Part shown: positions 18,699-28,326 of the stretch, one piece after another
How positions within the stretch are numbered: position 1 is the stretch's first letter
Layout of the letters: every line of letters begins with the position of its first letter
IMG/VR virus record: IMGVR_UViG_3300032069_000014
Span: 1 to 55,578 of that record
Strand: one strand, 5' to 3'
DNA: 55,578 bases
Source of the DNA: a virus
Lineage: Duplodnaviria > Caudoviricetes
Position numbers and translations under genes: made by a program
The notes under the pieces: model-generated
Seen by the model: only the letters and a program-made list of their open reading frames with translations
What the model was told of the DNA's origin: nothing
The model's database searches: none

Positions 18699-19043
18699 AT
18701 GGCTATTGACTTAGATGCTGTTCCGCCTCCATTTGAGGTAGTATACGAAGGAAACACAAGGAGCTTTGATGTCTGCGAACTCTCTCTCAAACTGGCATCA
18801 TTGCGTGAAACCCCTAACATTAACCCAGAAGCCGCGCTAACGTCAGTTCGAGAGATCACTGGGATGCCGAATCTATCACCCTACCAAATGATGATTTTCC
18901 TAGGCGAATTCAATAAGTTCGCCGAGGAGCATCTCGGGCCCCCTTTTCGAAGGCTTTTCGGGGATGCGCTCTTCTCTGCGCCTACTATGGGCTTTCCCCC
19001 AAAGAGCAGCGAGAGCTCGCCCCCAACGAATATATTGGGTTGA
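18699..19043 (+). CDS. Tail assembly chaperone (gpG-like)
   Basis: Follows the tube genes; contains slippery heptamer C CCT TTT at 18941-18947. Confidence 0.6.
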   Translation: MAIDLDAVPPPFEVVYEGNTRSFDVCELSLKLASLRETPNINPEAALTSVREITGMPNLSPYQMMIFLGEFNKFAEEHLGPPFRRLFGDALFSAPTMGFPPKSSESSPPTNILG

Positions 19044-19213
19044 TGATGAATTTGAACTACATCCAACGATTGCGTACACTCGAGATTCTAAGCGCTGTCG
19101 CGTTAGCAACGAACACACAGAAAGCCCAGGACTTCATAGAGGACTTTAGAGAGCAGCCTTCTCTACCTCCGGGTGTTCTAGCGGCTCTCTTAGGAGGCGA
19201 GAAACCGAAATGA
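18947..19213 (+). CDS. -1 frameshift extension of the tail chaperone (gpT-like part)
   Basis: The -1 frame is open for 88 codons (SKAFRGCALLCAYYGLSPKEQRELA...EKPK*) and ends in an ATGA overlap with the next gene. Confidence 0.6.
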   Translation, partial: SKAFRGCALLCAYYGLSPKEQRELAPNEYIGLMMNLNYIQRLRTLEILSAVALATNTQKAQDFIEDFREQPSLPPGVLAALLGGEKPK

Positions 19214-20667
19214 ACTACGAGAACTTATTTAATAGACTCCGCGTTCTCACGGGTGCTTTCTTCGATCTCGAGTATCACCAACAGCAAACAGCTGGAGCTA
19301 GACGTCCTCTCCCTTATTTGAGAGATACGGTACTCGCACCTTTCGAGGCACAGGATGTCCCCGAGCAAGTTAGTACCTTCTTCGCTTCCATCTCCACAGC
19401 TATTTCGGGGCTGACAAACTCTAAGCAGGCACTCCAGGCATCTCTCAGCTCCGTGTGGGATTCGGTTCTAGGCGAACTTAGAGTCCCTAGCAGGAGCGCT
19501 CTTTTTCAGCAGCTGAATATAAGCATGGAGGATGAGAGCGAATCCCTTCGCAAAAGACACCTAGAAATCCCCGCAGCAGATATCGAAACGGACAACACCC
19601 TCAAAGCAAACGGAAATAACATCGGGGACGGGAAGCTTGTGTATACCTTTGCCGAGAGAGAAATCGCTATCGAAGATCAGTTCCAGTGTATATGTACTTC
19701 TTCTACTGGCGGGCGTTATGCGTTTAGCATCTCGGGTGGCCCACGCGTATCAACTATAGGTCCCGACGTACAAGGAGCAGGGAGCAGCAGTACTCTTACG
19801 CCTCTATATGAGACGGAAATAACAAACGGTACGTTCGAAACCTGGTCGGGTGATCCTGAAGGTGCAGATGAATGGACGCTCCTAAGTGGTGTTTGGGCAA
19901 CAAACGCGAAGAAGTCAGACGTAGCTTTTGCGGGGACCCACGCTCTCGAAAGCGTCAAGGACAGTAATTGGCAAGCTTACCAAACCGTTAGCTTGATACC
20001 CGGAGATGTATATGCTTTTGGATGCTGGGTGCGAAAAGCCACTGGGGCAACCGGAAACATATATGTCGAGGTGCTTGACGAAAGCAATGTTCAGCAAGTC
20101 ACCGAAGAACTCGACATCGTCTTAGGTGACTTAGCAGCACCGAATACCTGGTACTTTAAGTTCTTTACCTTCATAGCGCCCCCGAACGCGACCGCGACTT
20201 GGCGATTATCGATCCGCACGGCTAGTCAGGCTGCAGCTTCGGCGTTTCTTGATAACCTCCAGTTCGGTAAAATGAGCGCGTTCAATAACATGTACTTCGC
20301 GCTCTTCAGCGGCTCGGTGGCGTTTAGTGAAGGCGATCGATTCGCTTTTACCGTTCAAGTCACTCCTGCTGGGAGTGCGTACACCGTAGACGACGGCGAT
20401 CAGGAGACTATCGAGTTATCGGAGCACGTAGACGATGAGTTTCCGGTCGGAGCAAGCATACAGAATAGCACCGATAAAACATGGCATAGAATAGTCACAT
20501 CTGAGTGGACGGATAAGACAACAGTTGTAGTGACTCCGAAAGCTTTCACTCCATGGACTGGGCTATCAGTGCAGGCTTTCTACCACGGGAGGATCCAAGA
20601 ACTCATAGGGAGGCTCTTTGGTGAGCAGCTACCTTCAAGTAATACACCCACACGAGAAGATCCGTAA
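19210..20667 (+). CDS. Virion protein with carbohydrate-binding (CBM4/9-like) domain
   Basis: ITNGTFETW...W...G.HAL......YQTVSL.PG..Y.FGCWVR...FLDNLQF jelly-roll pattern. Confidence 0.6.
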   Translation: MNYENLFNRLRVLTGAFFDLEYHQQQTAGARRPLPYLRDTVLAPFEAQDVPEQVSTFFASISTAISGLTNSKQALQASLSSVWDSVLGELRVPSRSALFQQLNISMEDESESLRKRHLEIPAADIETDNTLKANGNNIGDGKLVYTFAEREIAIEDQFQCICTSSTGGRYAFSISGGPRVSTIGPDVQGAGSSSTLTPLYETEITNGTFETWSGDPEGADEWTLLSGVWATNAKKSDVAFAGTHALESVKDSNWQAYQTVSLIPGDVYAFGCWVRKATGATGNIYVEVLDESNVQQVTEELDIVLGDLAAPNTWYFKFFTFIAPPNATATWRLSIRTASQAAASAFLDNLQFGKMSAFNNMYFALFSGSVAFSEGDRFAFTVQVTPAGSAYTVDDGDQETIELSEHVDDEFPVGASIQNSTDKTWHRIVTSEWTDKTTVVVTPKAFTPWTGLSVQAFYHGRIQELIGRLFGEQLPSSNTPTREDP

Positions 20668-20669
20668 AC

Positions 20670-21113
20670 ATGAGGAAAATCCTAGCTGCGACCAAGATGC
20701 TATTAGAGCAAGCGTTCCAAGGGAAAGACGCTCTGATATACCTCGCCCCGCGGACGACGCCCTACAATGCATCGAAAGATCTCGAGATCCAGGTATTTCT
20801 TGGGGAGCTCGGTGTGGTTGATCACGACGGAAGCGTCCGCCGAGATGACTTTCAAATACATGTTAGCGTACTGAAAAAGACGAGATTGGATCACGCGGCG
20901 CGATACGACACGGCGCTCACGAACGAAGCTGAGTCGCTGCTAGAAATAGCGCAGACTATAAGCGATACGCTCGATGGTGTTTTTCTTGAGGCGCGACTCA
21001 TACGGCCTCTCATGTTAGCTCGTATATCACCTGTGGGTGATGCGGCAAGCGTGCCTGGACTTTTAGTACAAACACTAACTTTTGTAGGCGGTATAAACAA
21101 GGCGCTCATATGA
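20670..21113 (+). CDS. Putative tail completion/terminator protein
   Basis: 147 aa; fold-like pattern IHVSV...LLEIAQTISDTLDG; tail position. Confidence 0.45.
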   Translation: MRKILAATKMLLEQAFQGKDALIYLAPRTTPYNASKDLEIQVFLGELGVVDHDGSVRRDDFQIHVSVLKKTRLDHAARYDTALTNEAESLLEIAQTISDTLDGVFLEARLIRPLMLARISPVGDAASVPGLLVQTLTFVGGINKALI

Positions 21114-22321
21114 TTGATCCCGGAAGAGAGATAAGGAAAGAGATATTCGGAGCCACAATGGCTTCGCCTACGGGAAACGCACTAAGCGGAGCGTTCCGCG
21201 GTGCTCTTTGGGGAGGAGGCGGTGCTGCTGCAGCGCAATTTCTAGCTACGGGGAGCGTCACTTCGGCTGGTGTGATTGCCGGAGCTGCTGCAGGAGCTGC
21301 GTTGGGTGGCCTCGCTTCAGCTGCTCTTTCTCTCATACCGATCTGGGAAAGACTCTCCCGCGTCTCGATAGGACTCGTCGATAGTTTAGCGAGTGTCCAT
21401 CCAGTGTTTCGTGCTATGAGTCGGATAGCTGCGGTACAAGAACGAATGCAAGGATTCCAGTGGGGCGAAGCTATTCGTCCTCTCATGGAAAAATGGTTCG
21501 CCTGGTCCATGGAATTCCAGCGATCTTGGACGGACCTGAAGATAGCTTTTTACCAAGCATTAGCACCTTCGCTTAAGAGCTTACTTAACAGTATTACAGC
21601 ATTATCTCCAGCGATAATAGGTCTCGCAAATATCGCTGTAGGGTTTATTAGCGGGATAGTAAAAGTAGGTGCTATTATTATGCGCCTGGTAGATATGCTC
21701 GACAGAGTAATTAGCGCGGTTGCTAAACTAGCTCCTGGAGGAACTACAGGGGAGCGAATGGCTCATGTAGGGCTGACCTCCGCTATTGCTGGAGGTTTGA
21801 CTCTAGCTGTTACTAAGAGTCCCGCTCTTGCAAGCAGAGTAGCACTCGGTACAGCCGGAATAGGAGCAGCTCTTGGTTTAGGCGAAGCCGCAGGTGAAGG
21901 AAAAGGTGTCGGGTTGGGCGAGGTAATAGGTGCTGCTTTAGCATCTCTTGGAATCAAAGCGCTTTTAGCTGCAGCGCTGGTTAGACTCGGAGTGGCGTCT
22001 ACTGCTGCGGGCCCGATAGGATGGTTTGTAGGCGCCGGTCTTGCTGCCGCCAGTCTTTTACTGAGCAGCGGAGGAGGCCAAGGAACGTTATCGAACGGAC
22101 CTTCTTTTGGCCAAGGAGGCATAAGCCGAGGGGTAGCAGGAACACCCTCTCTAACACAAACTATTGGTGGCGCAACAGCGAATGTTACTGTACAAGTACA
22201 AGACCACACCGAGCTCACGCGAGCTTTCGAAGAGGCCTGGAGTAAGATTAGAAGAACGCTCATGGAGCGCGAAGCTGAAATGGTAATTTCCAGTATGCGT
22301 CTGAGAGAGTCGATTTTATAA
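21110..22321 (+). CDS. Short tape-measure-like protein
   Basis: Ala/Gly-rich helical protein with hydrophobic segments (AGPIGWFVGAGL); tail position. Confidence 0.6.
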   Translation: MIDPGREIRKEIFGATMASPTGNALSGAFRGALWGGGGAAAAQFLATGSVTSAGVIAGAAAGAALGGLASAALSLIPIWERLSRVSIGLVDSLASVHPVFRAMSRIAAVQERMQGFQWGEAIRPLMEKWFAWSMEFQRSWTDLKIAFYQALAPSLKSLLNSITALSPAIIGLANIAVGFISGIVKVGAIIMRLVDMLDRVISAVAKLAPGGTTGERMAHVGLTSAIAGGLTLAVTKSPALASRVALGTAGIGAALGLGEAAGEGKGVGLGEVIGAALASLGIKALLAAALVRLGVASTAAGPIGWFVGAGLAAASLLLSSGGGQGTLSNGPSFGQGGISRGVAGTPSLTQTIGGATANVTVQVQDHTELTRAFEEAWSKIRRTLMEREAEMVISSMRLRESIL

Positions 22322-24045
22322 TGGCTAGCTCCGTAACATATACTCTCCCGAGCGGCGTGACAGCAGTGATTAGTTATCCCTCGGTCTCGCTTGCACATGC
22401 GCCTATAATAAGCGCGCAAGGTCACTTCACTTCCGTCATACGATACAATGTCCATGTACGAGGCTATGTTACAGCCGCATCAGGTGGTCAGCCTTTAGCT
22501 AATAAAATAGTAGACTACCGTAATATCTTATCTACCCCCGGCGGCGACCTCAGCATCAGTATAGGGGACTACAGCAAAATCTTTCTCGCTAAAGAGGCTT
22601 CAAACCTAGGACCTCACCCCACAACTTTCGAAGTTCTCGAGATGCCAGGAGGGAAAATAGCAAAAGTAACGTGGCAGCTTGCTATTGAAGTTATAGGAAA
22701 CAGAAAAAAAGGAGGGGAGAATTGGTGGGCCGAGTTTGCGTACACAATCGAAACCACAGTGGACGTGAATCTCTTGGCCACACGCGTAATCGCAGGGATA
22801 CTAAGAATAAATCCACGGGACGCGCAGCTGAATCAAGGCCTTACGCATGCCTCAGCTGACGCTTGTCGGAAAGCGGTAGAAGCGAATGTTTGTGCTTGCC
22901 CCGATCCTGCTTACTGGGAGAGGCAATGGACATTTAAGCTTTCAGAGGACGAGACGCAGCTGTGGTTTACTTGTGTCGACCGAGAACGACATATGCCGCT
23001 CCCGCAAGATGTCTCTTCGGGCGACTTTTCTATCTCTGTTAACGCTAATTGGTTAGAATGGATAGTGACTGTAGAGCTACAATGTTCCTATCATGGTTTG
23101 GCAGCTGCCCTTGCCTGCGCGGAAATCGAAGAAAGACTAGGAGCGTATCTAGTAGAATACTCTCATTGGGGGTTGGGGCTCGTAGACTTGATTCGCTCTC
23201 AGCTGAACTTGAGTGAAAGAGGCTATCGCGCCGACACGAGAACTGAATGGGCGATACATCTTTGGCCAGACAGAGAAAAAAAGACGCGGCTCGAATCAGC
23301 CCATAATGCGCAGGTTGTCTTCACCGAATGGATGGAACGAAACCAACATACTCAAGACACCCTACGGGAAATATCTACCGATTTCTTCGAAGAGATGCAG
23401 CACCAGTACGAAGAAGAAAAAGTATTTGATACGTGGAAAACCGGCGACGCTGTCCTTACTGGAAAATGGGGTCTCGTAGGTAGATGCGGCTCTGAGAAGC
23501 TTTTGCAGCAACTTCTCATTACTATACCCGATAAACTTCCCCCGGAAGAACCTCCGGGCGACAAAAAACCTGATGGCAAGCCGACAGATAAACCCGCAGG
23601 TACTCGAGAGGAAGAGGAGCCTGTTTTCTATCTCTCGTGGCATGAGCATTTCGCGTACAAGATCGATTGGGGATATAAGTTTATCCCTACCATAGGGGGT
23701 GTCGATGTTGTGCAGCAATGGCATAAACCTACGGTTTGGTTGATAACAACCGGCGAAATGACGACAATGGAGATAATGCCGCGGCCTAGGCCACCTGCAT
23801 ACCAACTCGGTTCAGCGGAGCGAAAAGCTGACCCTAACATCAAGTCAGCATATTTGGTAAACGCGGAGTTCGCTCTTAATGAACCAACACGCGATGGGCG
23901 TTGGAATTCGTCTTGGCGTTATATTGTAAAGCTCGGAGTCGAGAGTATTCCCACAGCATGGGAAGTCCTTTTCCCTTATACCCCATTCTTTGAGTTTGAG
24001 GAGACTCCGGTTTTCAAGCTCCCGGAGCTCACCGATGGAGCTTAA
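22321..24045 (+). CDS. Putative tail tip/baseplate protein
   Basis: 574-aa ORF directly after the tape-measure-like gene. Confidence 0.5.
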   Translation: MASSVTYTLPSGVTAVISYPSVSLAHAPIISAQGHFTSVIRYNVHVRGYVTAASGGQPLANKIVDYRNILSTPGGDLSISIGDYSKIFLAKEASNLGPHPTTFEVLEMPGGKIAKVTWQLAIEVIGNRKKGGENWWAEFAYTIETTVDVNLLATRVIAGILRINPRDAQLNQGLTHASADACRKAVEANVCACPDPAYWERQWTFKLSEDETQLWFTCVDRERHMPLPQDVSSGDFSISVNANWLEWIVTVELQCSYHGLAAALACAEIEERLGAYLVEYSHWGLGLVDLIRSQLNLSERGYRADTRTEWAIHLWPDREKKTRLESAHNAQVVFTEWMERNQHTQDTLREISTDFFEEMQHQYEEEKVFDTWKTGDAVLTGKWGLVGRCGSEKLLQQLLITIPDKLPPEEPPGDKKPDGKPTDKPAGTREEEEPVFYLSWHEHFAYKIDWGYKFIPTIGGVDVVQQWHKPTVWLITTGEMTTMEIMPRPRPPAYQLGSAERKADPNIKSAYLVNAEFALNEPTRDGRWNSSWRYIVKLGVESIPTAWEVLFPYTPFFEFEETPVFKLPELTDGA

Positions 24046-25432
24046 TAAACTTACGTATAAGGACCGCGCTCTTCAAGCCGGGCCACATAACTTTTTTCGT
24101 TTAGAATCTGGCGCGCGCCCCTCATTTGGTATTTTTCAATGCGATGAGGGTACCTACGGTTACCTTTTCGACAACGCGCGATTACCGAACGGGGGCAACT
24201 TAGTCTTTTCAGATGGTATTCGTACAGTAACTCTCCACGATATCTACGTCGTCGAAGCACGCCCCGCCCGAGGATATGCTAGCGCCGGATTCCCTTCGGG
24301 CAATGACTGTGGTCTATATGACCTAATTCTTGCTGACGCCCGCATCCTCTGGTTGAACACAGCAGGTGACAAGAATTATAACATGTACAAAGCCGATCGA
24401 ACGCTTGAAGTCCAGGAGGGCTACTCCGAGTCTGAAAACTGGACCTGGGTCGACATGATTGATGACCTCGCGACGCTCGCGGGAGCAACGATCGAGGATA
24501 ACTTCGCCCGTCTAGCAGCATTAACCTCCGAGCCACGAAACATAATGGCAAAGGGGCGTCCTGTAGCTGATGTACTCGAGGAGACTCTCTCTTTTCTTGG
24601 TTTGGTTATGATTCCCGGTATAATCGAATCATCTACATACTACATCCAGTATGCGAATGACTACAACAAAGATTGGTTAACCAATGAGAGAAAGAAGCTC
24701 GTCTTCGAAGGAGGCCCTGTATCAAGAAACGATTTAATCTTACCAAAAAATATCGGGCTCCGAGTTAGCAGCGGCCCCGTCGCGAAGATAGAACTCACAG
24801 CTACCGCTGAATACGATGCGAAGGGCTCGGGGTCACTTTACCTCGATGTCAAGCACGCTGGTGAACTCGACGAAAACGGCGAACTTCAAAACACCGACGA
24901 GCTAACGGCTTTGAGGGGTGATTTGATAGCCTCGCATTCTCAACCCAACCCAGAGCTAATGGTTACGCTCGTAGGAATCCATGACTTAGTATCTGATGGA
25001 TTCACTGACGTCGAGTGGAGATCGACGAGCGAAGGGGCTTTCACACGTGGGTTGGTGCGAAAGCCAAAAGTCAAGGCAACTCGCCCCGAAGATGGTCTTT
25101 TTAACTACGGGGCTTTCTATCTGGATAACAGAAGTGTGTTCCCAGTGACCCTTTCCCCGACCAGTGAAACTGAGGGTGATCACGGAGATTCTACAACTCA
25201 ATGCGGCTATGAATATGATGTCGCGGACGCAATTACAGGCGAAAAGCTTGCAGGAGCCGGTACGGACCCAGCGGTTGACCCGATCGACCCGATCTCCCCT
25301 CCGCATAAGTGGGTTCGGCCTACAGTAGGTTATATGATCGCAGCCTCATTCGGCTACGCTTATCGAGACAAAAGCAACACGCTTATCATCAGCTGGATAA
25401 ACGAAGTCGCTGATCAAAGTCCTTGCAGCTAG
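24035..25432 (+). CDS. Putative tail hub protein
   Basis: ATG at 24035; YDLILADARILW...WTWVDMIDDL hub-like pattern. Confidence 0.5.
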   Translation: MELNKLTYKDRALQAGPHNFFRLESGARPSFGIFQCDEGTYGYLFDNARLPNGGNLVFSDGIRTVTLHDIYVVEARPARGYASAGFPSGNDCGLYDLILADARILWLNTAGDKNYNMYKADRTLEVQEGYSESENWTWVDMIDDLATLAGATIEDNFARLAALTSEPRNIMAKGRPVADVLEETLSFLGLVMIPGIIESSTYYIQYANDYNKDWLTNERKKLVFEGGPVSRNDLILPKNIGLRVSSGPVAKIELTATAEYDAKGSGSLYLDVKHAGELDENGELQNTDELTALRGDLIASHSQPNPELMVTLVGIHDLVSDGFTDVEWRSTSEGAFTRGLVRKPKVKATRPEDGLFNYGAFYLDNRSVFPVTLSPTSETEGDHGDSTTQCGYEYDVADAITGEKLAGAGTDPAVDPIDPISPPHKWVRPTVGYMIAASFGYAYRDKSNTLIISWINEVADQSPCS

Positions 25433-25442
25433 GAGGCGCAGC

Positions 25443-26039
25443 ATGGGTACTCCCGGCAAAGCGATGATTCGGACAGACGGTAAGCGTGGGCTGCTTTCGA
25501 ACGGTAAGGTTGCGGTCTTCGACGCCAACGGCAACTGCCCGGAGTGTTGTGAAGAAGGATGTGAGTTTTGTTCAGGTACTACTCCGGAGACGTTCGAGGT
25601 CGTGTTCAGCGACATCGATGGGTGCTGCAAGCCAGGAGTGTTCTTTTACCGGCCGGCAATTGGAACTTGGCTGACAGCAGCCTTTGTCAATGGTACTCAC
25701 GAGCTTGTCAGAAGCGGACCCTGTACATGGAGCAAGTTAATATCTAACGTGGGTTATTCAACTTATCTGGAAATCTATACCTGCGATACGTTTTTCCAGA
25801 ACTTGTCGAGTGCCACGATAGGGATAACGCTTAAAAAGACAGCAAACGACACATGGACATTGTCAGTTTCGTTCACCACAACTATTTACGATGACTACGG
25901 TTTATATGGCTTTATCTTTTATAAGAAAATAACCGGGCAGGTAGCCGAATGCGATGGCGATTTGGCGTTTACTAATGACATCACAGATTGCAGTGGTGGG
26001 ATTTGCCAGGATGGAACGGCAACAGTAGGCTTGCCATGA
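25443..26039 (+). CDS. Cys-rich putative tail tip/adsorption protein
   Basis: RBS AGGAGG; CPECCEEGCEFC motif. Confidence 0.55.
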   Translation: MGTPGKAMIRTDGKRGLLSNGKVAVFDANGNCPECCEEGCEFCSGTTPETFEVVFSDIDGCCKPGVFFYRPAIGTWLTAAFVNGTHELVRSGPCTWSKLISNVGYSTYLEIYTCDTFFQNLSSATIGITLKKTANDTWTLSVSFTTTIYDDYGLYGFIFYKKITGQVAECDGDLAFTNDITDCSGGICQDGTATVGLP

Positions 26040-26305
26040 GAGACTTCACCAGGACAAGCCACTGCCTCAACCGGGCGCACTGCAACGCCTGCCGGAACGA
26101 CCTTGCTTGGCGGGCGGTGATGAGCAAATCGTTCATCATGCCGGACAAGTGCCCGCATCAGGCGGGCCTTGGCGATAAGGTTGCGGCCTTCCTGAAGCGC
26201 CCGTTGGTCGCGGGTGCGGTAAAGCGTCTGACCGGAATCGACACACACAAGCCCTGCGGCGGATGCCGAAAGCGTCAGGCATGGTTGAACAAGATCAAGC
26301 TCTAA
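26036..26305 (+). CDS. Small Cys-rich protein ending the tail operon
   Basis: ATGA overlap; GLGDKVA...CGGCRKRQAWLN. Confidence 0.6.
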   Translation: MRDFTRTSHCLNRAHCNACRNDLAWRAVMSKSFIMPDKCPHQAGLGDKVAAFLKRPLVAGAVKRLTGIDTHKPCGGCRKRQAWLNKIKL

Positions 26306-26323
26306 GACGCTTCATTTCTCGTT

Positions 26324-26594
26324 TTTACCCTGTTTCATTCTATGATCTCTAGATGTTTTATGTACCTATATTATTGTTTTGAAAAATCTATTAAACAATA
26401 GGATCTAGAGATCATAGAATGCTTCTTACCGTGTTTTTAGGGTATTTTCACTTTCTCGTCCCCTGCTTTTACCTCGTTTCATTCTATGATCTCTAGATGT
26501 TTTATGTATCTATAATATTTTTTTGAAAAATCTATTAAACAATAGGATCTAGAGATCATAGAATACTCTTTACCGTGTTTTTTAGGGTATTTTC
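26324..26594. repeat. Two AT-rich direct repeats (period 144 bp), each with an internal 18-bp inverted repeat; candidate origin
   Basis: ATTCTATGATCTCTAGAT...ATCTAGAGATCATAGAAT at 26337-26420 and 26481-26564. Confidence 0.9.
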
Positions 26595-26644
26595 GCGGCA
26601 TTTTATTCCTATCCTACACCACCTCAAAGCAGGCGAAAAAGGCC

Positions 26645-26742
26645 AAAAATCCGCGGTTTTGACGCAGAAATCTGCGGTTTTCGCGCAGAAAACGCGGATT
26701 TTTCGGGGTTTTCTTGTAAGAATACGCGGTTTTATAGGTAAT
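26645..26742 (+). promoter_or_regulatory. Repeated (C)GCGGTTTT boxes and a weak sigma70 promoter
   Basis: Four related boxes; TTGTAA-17bp-GGTAAT at 26714-26742. Confidence 0.4.
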
Positions 26743-26802
26743 AATAGAAGGATCGCGTGATTCTTCAATTGTTGTGGTTAACTAACTAGAAGGAGAAAAA
26801 CC

Positions 26803-27084
26803 ATGTTAACCCCATCGCAAACAAGCAGTGCTGTAGTCCCGGCGCAGACGAAGACCGGAAAGAGCAAGAAGGCGAAGACGCAGACGCGGAAGGCGATTGT
26901 TCATCTGCGTCCGAAGGACGAGCCCAAGAAGTGGGTTCAAGTTCTCAAGGGCGTTGCTATTGTCGCCGGTAGCATCGGCGCGATGGTAGCGTTCTTCATC
27001 TTGGCTCCAGTTGCGACAGCGGCTGGGGTCGCAGCTGCTTCGGCGATCGCGCCGAAAGCGACAAAGATGATGATGCAGCCGTAG
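26803..27084 (+). CDS. Small basic membrane protein (first early gene)
   Basis: Strong RBS AAGGAG; Lys-rich N-terminus plus a TM segment. Confidence 0.7.
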   Translation: MLTPSQTSSAVVPAQTKTGKSKKAKTQTRKAIVHLRPKDEPKKWVQVLKGVAIVAGSIGAMVAFFILAPVATAAGVAAASAIAPKATKMMMQP

Positions 27085-27097
27085 TAGTAGTAGGTGT

Positions 27098-27190
27098 GCG
27101 CAGCACAGAACGTTGCTGATCAATAGGATACCGGTTGTTCGTGGTGTATTCCGCGGTTAGTTGTGAAGCGTTCTGTGCTGCGCTTTTATT
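27098..27190 (+). terminator. Long-loop hairpin followed by a U-tract
   Basis: 15-bp perfect inverted repeat 27098-27112 / 27169-27183, then TTTTATTTT. Confidence 0.5.
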
Positions 27191-27223
27191 TTGCCTGACT
27201 TCTGTTTAAGAAGGAGAATTACA

Positions 27224-27775
27224 ATGAGCGACAGAATTGCTGCTCGGTGGCCCGGCGACAAAGACGCTGAGCTCGATGATGCTGCATGGGCGGGGATCAT
27301 TACAGTTCAGGGAATTCGTTATCATCGCCATCCAAATGGAGGCGGTTATGTTGCTGAGACCGCTCGCGTAGATGCAACTGCTTTCGTTGGATTGTTTGCA
27401 CGGGTCTGTGACAATGCACGGGTCTGCGTCAATGCACAGGTCTGTGACAATACACGGGTCTGTGACAATGCACAGGTCCGCGGCAATGCACTGGTCCGCG
27501 GCAATGCACGGATCTGCGGCGATGCACTGGTCTGCGGCGATACACTGGTCTGTGACAATGCACGGGTCTGCGTCAATGCACAGGTCTGCGGCGATGCACT
27601 GGTCTGCGGCAATGCACAGGTCTGTGACAATGCACGGGTCTGTGACAATGCACTGGTCTGCGGCAATGCACGGGTCTGTGACAGTGCACTGGTCTGCGGC
27701 GATGCACTGGTCTGCGGCGATACACAGGTCTGTGGTAGTGAGCGAGTTTGCGGCGATATAGGTATTAAGGAGTGA
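27224..27775 (+). CDS. Hexapeptide-repeat (left-handed beta-helix) protein
   Basis: RBS AAGGAG; HPNGGGYVA then 20 xVC[DG][ND]A hexapeptides. Confidence 0.85.
   Translation: MSDRIAARWPGDKDAELDDAAWAGIITVQGIRYHRHPNGGGYVAETARVDATAFVGLFARVCDNARVCVNAQVCDNTRVCDNAQVRGNALVRGNARICGDALVCGDTLVCDNARVCVNAQVCGDALVCGNAQVCDNARVCDNALVCGNARVCDSALVCGDALVCGDTQVCGSERVCGDIGIKE
27401..27760 (+). repeat. 18-bp coding tandem repeat, 20 units
   Basis: Variants of CGGGTCTGTGACAATGCA / CTGGTCTGCGGCGATGCA. Confidence 0.9.
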
Positions 27776-27778
27776 ATC

Positions 27779-28003
27779 ATGTATCCGACAGGAACATCAT
27801 GGATACTACCAGCGGATAAGTTCTGGAAAAGACAAGCGTGGGATGCGATCCGATATGCGCGACATAAAGGGTTTAGCGTCGGTATGATTATTCTCGCGTC
27901 GCTCGGAAAGATGCGAGACCAGCTTATGGAAAATGATGTTGTCTTCTATATGTGGCCTCTCTCGAGCGGAGATGGGGCCGCAGCAGTAGTAGGGCGAAAG
28001 TAA
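27779..28003 (+). CDS. Hypothetical protein
   Basis: RBS AAGGAG, ATG start. Confidence 0.55.
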   Translation: MYPTGTSWILPADKFWKRQAWDAIRYARHKGFSVGMIILASLGKMRDQLMENDVVFYMWPLSSGDGAAAVVGRK

Positions 28004-28006
28004 ATG

Positions 28007-28067
28007 AATGCAGCACATGCGCTGCTAACCAGCAATGGTTGGCAGCGCATCGTGACTGCATTTTTTT
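28007..28067 (+). terminator. Rho-independent terminator
   Basis: Long stem with GCAA tetraloop followed by T7. Confidence 0.75.
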
Positions 28068-28115
28068 ATGCTCGGAAGGAGGTGGTGAAGCGGAAAAAAC
28101 TTTTTCATTTTGTTG

Positions 28116-28144
28116 TTGCTTTTTGATCACTTCTAGGCTAGAAT
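28116..28144 (+). promoter_or_regulatory. Sigma70-type promoter
   Basis: TTGCTT-17bp-TAGAAT with an AT-rich upstream element, just after a terminator. Confidence 0.6.
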
Positions 28145-28326
28145 AGGTTAATAATGAGAAAAGGGCTTTGGCTGGCTGTGACAGATGTCTTGATGTACAT
28201 AATAACAAAGGTAACGGAGTTGATGCAATCGTGGCCAGAGAAAGCAGGAAGGAGAAAGTCAAAGACAAAGAAAAGATGATAACATGTCGGTGATTTACGG
28301 ATCTCGAAGGTTAGATAGGAGCTAGT

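Noticed and set aside
26324-26594. MITE or insertion sequence
   Set aside because: No target-site duplications or transposase; similarity extends beyond the inverted arms
27401-27760. CRISPR array
   Set aside because: Contiguous 18-bp in-frame coding repeats with no unique spacers
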